From an uncultured Gemmatimonadales bacterium (lineage in GTDB: Bacteria; Gemmatimonadota; Gemmatimonadetes; Gemmatimonadales; Gemmatimonadaceae): a DNA stretch of 64,000 nt. The number at the start of each line of letters is the position of its first letter. Position 1 is the first letter of the stretch. The stretch covers positions 2,816,001 through 2,880,000 of the forward strand of contig OY969695.1 in assembly GCA_963701965.1 (NCBI GenBank), given 5' to 3'. Both the position numbers and the translations under genes were made by a program. Of the stretch, positions 58,577 to 64,000 are shown in pieces. The notes below the pieces were generated by a model. It searched no databases, was not told the DNA's origin, and saw only the letters and a list, made by a program, of their open reading frames with translations.

Positions 58577-60625
58577 CTAATGCACAGCCAATGCGCTGAC
58601 CCCGTCCGGCGCCAGTGGCTCGTTCCAGATCCAGTGTCCGAACCAGCGCAGGTTTTCCTCCATGACCGAGCGCTGTTGTTTCGGCTTGTCGATCGGGTGC
58701 CCAAACCCCGGGTAGACGACCATCCGGACCGGCACGCCCTTGTCGCGCAACGCCTGATAGAGCTCGAATCCATTGGGGAGAGGAACGCGCCGGTCGCTGC
58801 CGCCATGCTGAATGAGCGTGGGCGTCCGCGCCGCCTTGACGTACGTGATGGGCGAAGTCTTCCGGTAGATCTCGGGATCATCCCACGGCGTGGCATGGAG
58901 ATACTGCCGCGTGAACGGATGGATGTCGGTATTGACGTAGTACGTCATCCAGTCCGAGATCCCGGCCCCCACGGAGACGGCGCGGAACCGGTCGCTCGAC
59001 GCGGTAATGAATGCCGAGATGTACCCCCCTTCGCTCCACCCCATCGCGCCGACGCGGGACCGGTCGACGTAGCCTTTGGCGATCAGGTAGTCGACGCCCG
59101 AGATCACGTCGGCGTAGTCACCGATCCCCAGATTGCGGACGTTGAGCGCGCGAAATTTCGCGCCATAGCCCGCCGAGCCCCGATAGTTGGGCCGGAGGAT
59201 GAGCGCGCCTTTGGCGACGAAGTCTTCCATCGGGTAATAGCGGTCCGCGCCCAGCGACGCGCGGTCGACGCCGGTCGGTCCGCCGTGGATCACGACCAGG
59301 AGCGGATATTTCTTCGACGGGTCGAAGTCGGGCGGCGTATACAGTACGCCTTCGATGCGCGCGCCGTCGGTCGAAGACCATTGCACGAGCTGGCGGCGCG
59401 CGGAATGGAACGGCTTGAGCTGGTCGCCCATCGCCGTGAGTGTCACCGGCGCGAACGTGTTCGTCAGTGAGACTTGGACTTCCGGATAGGCATTGTCCAA
59501 CGCGCCGACGAACGCCACGGCGGGCGCGTTCCGGGCGAAGGAGAACTGCGTGGCGCCGAGCGAGTCCGGTTGCGTCACGCGGTCGATCGTACCGGCGCGC
59601 GGGTCGAGGCGGAACAGGTGCGAGTACGTGCGCTGCTGCGCCCCGAAATAGATCCCGTCCCTGTTCCACGCGACAAGGAACGGATCCTCGTCGAAGTGCT
59701 CCGTGAGCAGGCGCGGGATACCACCGTTGCTGGAGACCACCGCAATGAAGGAGTTCGTGTAGTAGTAGTACGGGTTTCCGTTGGCGGTAGAGAACGCGAT
59801 CTCGGCGCCGTCCGGCGACCAGAGCGGATTTTGGTTCGGGCCCGGCCCGTCGACGATTTTCTTGACGGAGCGATCGGCGACGGTGACGACGTAGATCGTC
59901 GCCGTATTGGACGAGCCCAGGTCGGGATCGTGCTGCGCCGTGAACGCGATCCGGTTGCCGTCCGGGGACCAGGCGAACGATCCCACGGTGAGGCTATCCC
60001 CCTCCGTGAGGCGCCGCGCCGCGGGCGCGGCCGATGGGGCATCGGTGGCCGGCACGTCGACGAGCCAGATGTGCGTCATCTGATAGTCGGCACCGACGAT
60101 CTGGATGTCGCCGTAGGTGCTGTCGCGGTCCTTTCGCGTCTTCGATTTGGGATCGCGCGAGGCGAACGCGATCGTGCGTCCATCCGGCGACCACTCGAAG
60201 TCCACGACGCCGGTCTCGTGTCGCGTGAGCTCGCGCGCTTCGCCACCGCCTGGGGCGATAATGTAGATCTGCGTCGAGTCGTCGAGTTTGCCCCCGGCGC
60301 GCTGCGGCGGGCGGTTGGAGAGGAAGGCGATCCATTTCCCGTCGGGGGACCACCGCGCGTTGTCGCTCGAGCCTTTGCTGTCGGTGAGTCGAGTGCGGCG
60401 GGTACCCGCTGCGTCCGTGAGCCAGAGATCGCGCTCGAACGCGTTGGCATCCCAGTTCGTGCGGCTCACCTCGTAGGCCACCCACTTGCCATCGGGCGAG
60501 ATGCGGGGCGACGCGGCGGCGCGCATCTCCAGGGATTGATCGATCGTCGGCGCGGACTGCGCGCCGATCCCACCGGCTAAGGTGAGAAGCGCCAACGTGA
60601 TAGCGCCAAATGTCTTGCGGGTCAT
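58577..60625 (-). CDS. S9-family (prolyl oligopeptidase/acylaminoacyl) peptidase
   Basis: Signal peptide, WSPDG propeller repeats, IHGGP, NYRGSAGYG, GWSEGG nucleophile, DRRVP and a GH catalytic His. Confidence 0.95.
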   Translation of the reverse strand: MTRKTFGAITLALLTLAGGIGAQSAPTIDQSLEMRAAASPRISPDGKWVAYEVSRTNWDANAFERDLWLTDAAGTRRTRLTDSKGSSDNARWSPDGKWIAFLSNRPPQRAGGKLDDSTQIYIIAPGGGEARELTRHETGVVDFEWSPDGRTIAFASRDPKSKTRKDRDSTYGDIQIVGADYQMTHIWLVDVPATDAPSAAPAARRLTEGDSLTVGSFAWSPDGNRIAFTAQHDPDLGSSNTATIYVVTVADRSVKKIVDGPGPNQNPLWSPDGAEIAFSTANGNPYYYYTNSFIAVVSSNGGIPRLLTEHFDEDPFLVAWNRDGIYFGAQQRTYSHLFRLDPRAGTIDRVTQPDSLGATQFSFARNAPAVAFVGALDNAYPEVQVSLTNTFAPVTLTAMGDQLKPFHSARRQLVQWSSTDGARIEGVLYTPPDFDPSKKYPLLVVIHGGPTGVDRASLGADRYYPMEDFVAKGALILRPNYRGSAGYGAKFRALNVRNLGIGDYADVISGVDYLIAKGYVDRSRVGAMGWSEGGYISAFITASSDRFRAVSVGAGISDWMTYYVNTDIHPFTRQYLHATPWDDPEIYRKTSPITYVKAARTPTLIQHGGSDRRVPLPNGFELYQALRDKGVPVRMVVYPGFGHPIDKPKQQRSVMEENLRWFGHWIWNEPLAPDGVSALAVH

Positions 60626-60757
60626 TCACGCCTCGGAAGGTCGGGTAGCCGCCGGGAAGTAACAGCCGTTCTTCCTGGCGCGAAAGTGGGACAGCGGTGC
60701 GCCTCGATACGTTTCTCTTTTGCTGGCCAGCGGGCTCACGTCATCCCAGATTGGAAC

Positions 60758-62932
60758 ATGATCGGTTCTGTGCCCGGTACCCGCCGGGTGTCGGCGCCTG
60801 CCGACGGTGCGCTGTGGGCCGCGGTCGAGGGCTTGGTCGGCGGCGAGTACGAGTTGCACGGCGAGTTGAGCGATGCGCCGGACGGCCGGCGGGTCGTGTA
60901 CGTGGCGACGCGGCGCAACGGAGCGTCCGGTCTCGTGCTCCTCGTGGTCGACCGCTCGCCCGACGTGCCTGTCGGCGCAACCGGGTCGTACGAGTTGACC
61001 GTGCACGATGTGTTGGACGAGACCATTCCGGTGCGCGACACGTTTTGCCGGCATTGCGCGCATCGGCTGGTGACGTGGGCTGCCGCCTGTCCGGCGTGCG
61101 GGCAGAGCACGGCGCTCATGACCGCGATCGCGCGCGCCGAGTGGTCCGAGGCGAGCGCGCGGGCCGCCGTGTCGGCGGCGTTGGGGAGCGAGTGCACGAT
61201 GCTGGGGTCGCTGCCGACGGCGGCGGGCAGCGTGATCGCGATCGCGCGCGACGATCAGGAGGGAGCGGTCGTGGCGATGGCCATCGAGCGGATCGGCGGG
61301 CGTGGTGGCGCTACGCGGGCCGTCCCCGCGGGACGGCTCCGCCACCCCGTCTCTCCGCCGCCTGTGGCGCCGCCATCGTCTGTCCCTGCGCCAGTCGCCC
61401 CCGCGATCGCGCCGCCAGCCGCGGCGCCGCACCGGTCATCGCCGCACAGCGGCGAGATCGGTCCGTTGCCGCCCGCCGATCGCGGTCTTTTGGAGCGCCC
61501 TCTCGTTCTCGTGTGTCCGTCGTGCCGGTCGCGGTACGAGGATGGGTTGAGATTTTGTCCGTCCGACGGGTCGCAGCTCGTGCGGGCGCCCGACGGCAGC
61601 GATCTCGTGGGGCGTGTGCTGGAAGGGAAGTTTCGCGTGGAGAGACTGCTCGGCGAAGGTGGGATGGGCCGCGTGTATTTGGCCGAGCATGTGCGGATCG
61701 GCCGGCGGTGCGCGCTCAAGGTGTTGTCACCCCAGCTCGTCGGCCATCCCGGCGCCATCAAGCGCTTTGGTGGCGAAGCGCGGAACGCGAGCCGCATTGC
61801 GCACCCCAACGTGGCGACCGTCTACGATTTCGAGGAGACCGAAGACGGACTCGTCTACATCGTGCTGGAGTACATCGACGGGGAGACCCTCGGCGCCCTC
61901 CTGGCGCGGGAGCAGCGGCTCGATGCGATGCGCGCCGTGCGCATCGCGCGGGACACCGCCGCGGCGCTCGCGGCCGCGCACGATCTCGGCATCGTCCATC
62001 GCGATCTCAAGCCTGACAACATCATGATCGCAAGGGCCTCGTCGGGCGCCGATGTCGTCAAGGTCGTCGATTTCGGCATCGCCAAGGCGCTGGAGGGGTC
62101 GCAGACCAGTGTGACCATGACCGGCCACGTGGTGGGAACGCCGCGCTACATGAGCCCCGAGCAATTCGCCGGCGCCGGCGTCGATGCGCGCAGCGACATC
62201 TTCTCACTCGGCTGCGTGTTGTACGAGGCCCTCACCGGCCGGCCCGCCTACGATGCGCCGGTCACCACGCAGGCCGGCACCGGGCGCACCGCGCGGCAGC
62301 AGCCCCGGTTTCGGGAGGGGGCGCCGCGGGCGATCGATGCGATCATCACGAAGGCGATGGGTCGCACACCCGAGGTCCGCTACCAGACCGCGCGCGAGAT
62401 GTCCGACGCGCTGGACGCGGTGTTGGCGCACGCGGCCCGGAAGGCGCGCGCGGGGCAGCGCGCGCTCGCGCTCCGCATCGCGGGCGCCGCGGCCGCGGTA
62501 CTGATCGTGGGAATGGGCACTGTGTTCGTCGCGCGGCGGGTGGGCTCGCGCGATACGGTGACCGCGTCCGCTGGCGTCGTCGAGATGCCCACGATCGCGG
62601 CGGCGGGGCCAATGGGGCCCAACGCCTACCTGCGCCGCGTCGAGACCATCGTGCGCGATGTCTGGCGCCAATCCCGCTCGGCGACGCCATCGGCGTCGGA
62701 GAGCGCCGACTACACGATCGCCGTCGATGAGACGGGCCGCGTCGTCGATGTGCGCTCCGTCCGCGCGTCCGATGCCGCCTACTCGGCGCCGATCGCGGCC
62801 GCGATCCAGCACCTCGCCGGATTCGGGCCGCCGCCCGCGGCGCTGGGGCGCGCGCCGGGCGACGTCCTCCGGATCGATCTCCACTTTGGCGGCGTGACCG
62901 TCAGCGCATCGCCCGCGGCGGAAGATCGCTGA
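60758..62932 (+). CDS. Ser/Thr kinase with N-terminal zinc ribbons, TM and TonB-C-like extracytoplasmic domain
   Basis: CRHC/CPAC and [26 protein letters not shown] and GTPRYMSPE, then a TM and [13 protein letters not shown]...IAVDETGRV...FGPPP. Confidence 0.92.
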   Translation: MIGSVPGTRRVSAPADGALWAAVEGLVGGEYELHGELSDAPDGRRVVYVATRRNGASGLVLLVVDRSPDVPVGATGSYELTVHDVLDETIPVRDTFCRHCAHRLVTWAAACPACGQSTALMTAIARAEWSEASARAAVSAALGSECTMLGSLPTAAGSVIAIARDDQEGAVVAMAIERIGGRGGATRAVPAGRLRHPVSPPPVAPPSSVPAPVAPAIAPPAAAPHRSSPHSGEIGPLPPADRGLLERPLVLVCPSCRSRYEDGLRFCPSDGSQLVRAPDGSDLVGRVLEGKFRVERLLGEGGMGRVYLAEHVRIGRRCALKVLSPQLVGHPGAIKRFGGEARNASRIAHPNVATVYDFEETEDGLVYIVLEYIDGETLGALLAREQRLDAMRAVRIARDTAAALAAAHDLGIVHRDLKPDNIMIARASSGADVVKVVDFGIAKALEGSQTSVTMTGHVVGTPRYMSPEQFAGAGVDARSDIFSLGCVLYEALTGRPAYDAPVTTQAGTGRTARQQPRFREGAPRAIDAIITKAMGRTPEVRYQTAREMSDALDAVLAHAARKARAGQRALALRIAGAAAAVLIVGMGTVFVARRVGSRDTVTASAGVVEMPTIAAAGPMGPNAYLRRVETIVRDVWRQSRSATPSASESADYTIAVDETGRVVDVRSVRASDAAYSAPIAAAIQHLAGFGPPPAALGRAPGDVLRIDLHFGGVTVSASPAAEDR

Positions 62933-64000
62933 GACTGTCGGTCTCGCGGATCAGGCGCGCGTAGTCATCCTCGATCGTGCGTGCGCGCTCCAGGTCATTC
63001 TCACCGTTCACATAGATGACGTCGGGCGCGGTGTCGCGCACCGGATACGCCTCGGCGAACCACACGTAGAGCGCGCGGTTGTCTGCCGCCCGGTCGTCAG
63101 TGAGCGTGCGCCAGATGACGAGGGCGTTCCGACCGTCGGGCAGCATCCCAGCGACGGTGCGGAATGACGATGGACCGGTGATCGATCGCACGGTCAAGCC
63201 GATCAGCCAGTTGAACGTCTCCATCCGGTCGACCGTGTCGGGAGGTTGCTGTTCCCCATCGTCGAGACGGATCACCTTCACGATGCGCGGACTGCGGGCC
63301 GCCTCGGTCGGACTGGCGTGGCGCGCGGGGCGACCCTCCTTCCACTCGGGGGCGAACGTAACCTTCTTGATGCGGGCCAGGAGCACCCGATCGAAGTAGT
63401 CCGCCGACTCGACGAGGATGAACTTGCGGCGTCGCCCATCCTCGCGGTTCAGGTTGATCACCGCGTGGCCCGTAGTGCCGGACCCCGCGAAGTAGTCCAG
63501 CACGAACGCGTCGTCGTCCAGGGTCGCCGCGTAGATCGCGTCCTCCACCGTGTGGACCGATTTCGGATAGAAGAAGCGATGCGAGACGCCGAGGATGTCC
63601 CGGAGCAGGTTCGCGCCAAACGTGCCGGCGCTATACCGGCGGCCGATCCAGTTGCTGAACAGCGCCGGCGTGCGCTCGTGGCTCTCGATGCGCTGGTAGA
63701 TCGTGCCGTTCGCGCTGGCGCGGAGCCTCCCCTGGGCGATGAGGGCGGCGCCTGACGCGAACGCGCGTCGCCACACGCGCTCGTCGTCGCGCGCGCCGAT
63801 CGGGTAGATCCGCTCGTAGCCTTCCGCGGTGCGCTCTTGTGGATAGTCGTCGCCCACCGGCGGCGGCTCGGCGCCCACGACCATGCCGGTCCGGGGATCG
63901 ACCAGAATGGCGTAGAAGCTATTGGGGCGTTTGCGCCGATAGTTGCTCTCCGCGGTGCCGCTGCGCTTGAACGGCCGCTGCTCCGGCGCGTTGTCGCCCG
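62901..64000 (-). CDS. Type III Mod-like site-specific DNA methyltransferase, C-terminal part (5' outside window)
   Basis: [42 protein letters not shown] and ETFNWLIGL...IYVNG. The frame is open to the window end. Confidence 0.88.
   Translation of the reverse strand, partial: GDNAPEQRPFKRSGTAESNYRRKRPNSFYAILVDPRTGMVVGAEPPPVGDDYPQERTAEGYERIYPIGARDDERVWRRAFASGAALIAQGRLRASANGTIYQRIESHERTPALFSNWIGRRYSAGTFGANLLRDILGVSHRFFYPKSVHTVEDAIYAATLDDDAFVLDYFAGSGTTGHAVINLNREDGRRRKFILVESADYFDRVLLARIKKVTFAPEWKEGRPARHASPTEAARSPRIVKVIRLDDGEQQPPDTVDRMETFNWLIGLTVRSITGPSSFRTVAGMLPDGRNALVIWRTLTDDRAADNRALYVWFAEAYPVRDTAPDVIYVNGENDLERARTIEDDYARLIRETDSLSDLPPRAMR

Overview
High-GC bacterial chromosomal window. The inferred source is a Gemmatimonadota genome, based on its eukaryotic-like Ser/Thr kinases, Ig/beta-propeller lipoproteins, ECF/anti-sigma pairs and AraC type. 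It has about 48 CDS and no rRNA, tRNA, CRISPR or transposase. The main highlight is a compact, translationally coupled serine-cycle-like operon (sgaA-mcl-mtkA-mtkB-hpr, 31977-37161), preceded by a structured leader and an unknown 62-aa Cys/His protein. About 13 genes have a TANNNT/CANNNT -10 box 5-7 nt before the start codon and no Shine-Dalgarno, a leaderless-mRNA signature that includes back-to-back divergent promoters. Seven +1 frameshifts break dsbD-N, a ~2,893-aa cyclic beta-1,2-glucan synthase, tkt and a VIT-vWA gene. Four of them are the same CATC->CATTC change, probably a motif-specific sequencing error that may betray DNA methylation; an orphan type III Mod-like methyltransferase sits at the window end. 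Several modules are incomplete or atypical: TolC+MFP without an RND pump, BlaI without BlaR ahead of three paralogous lipoproteins, sigma/FecR without a TonB receptor, and an OmpR regulator with Asp->Asn at the phosphoacceptor. An anti-sigma factor carries a 15x15-bp VNTR. All product calls come from motif recognition by eye, not database searches.
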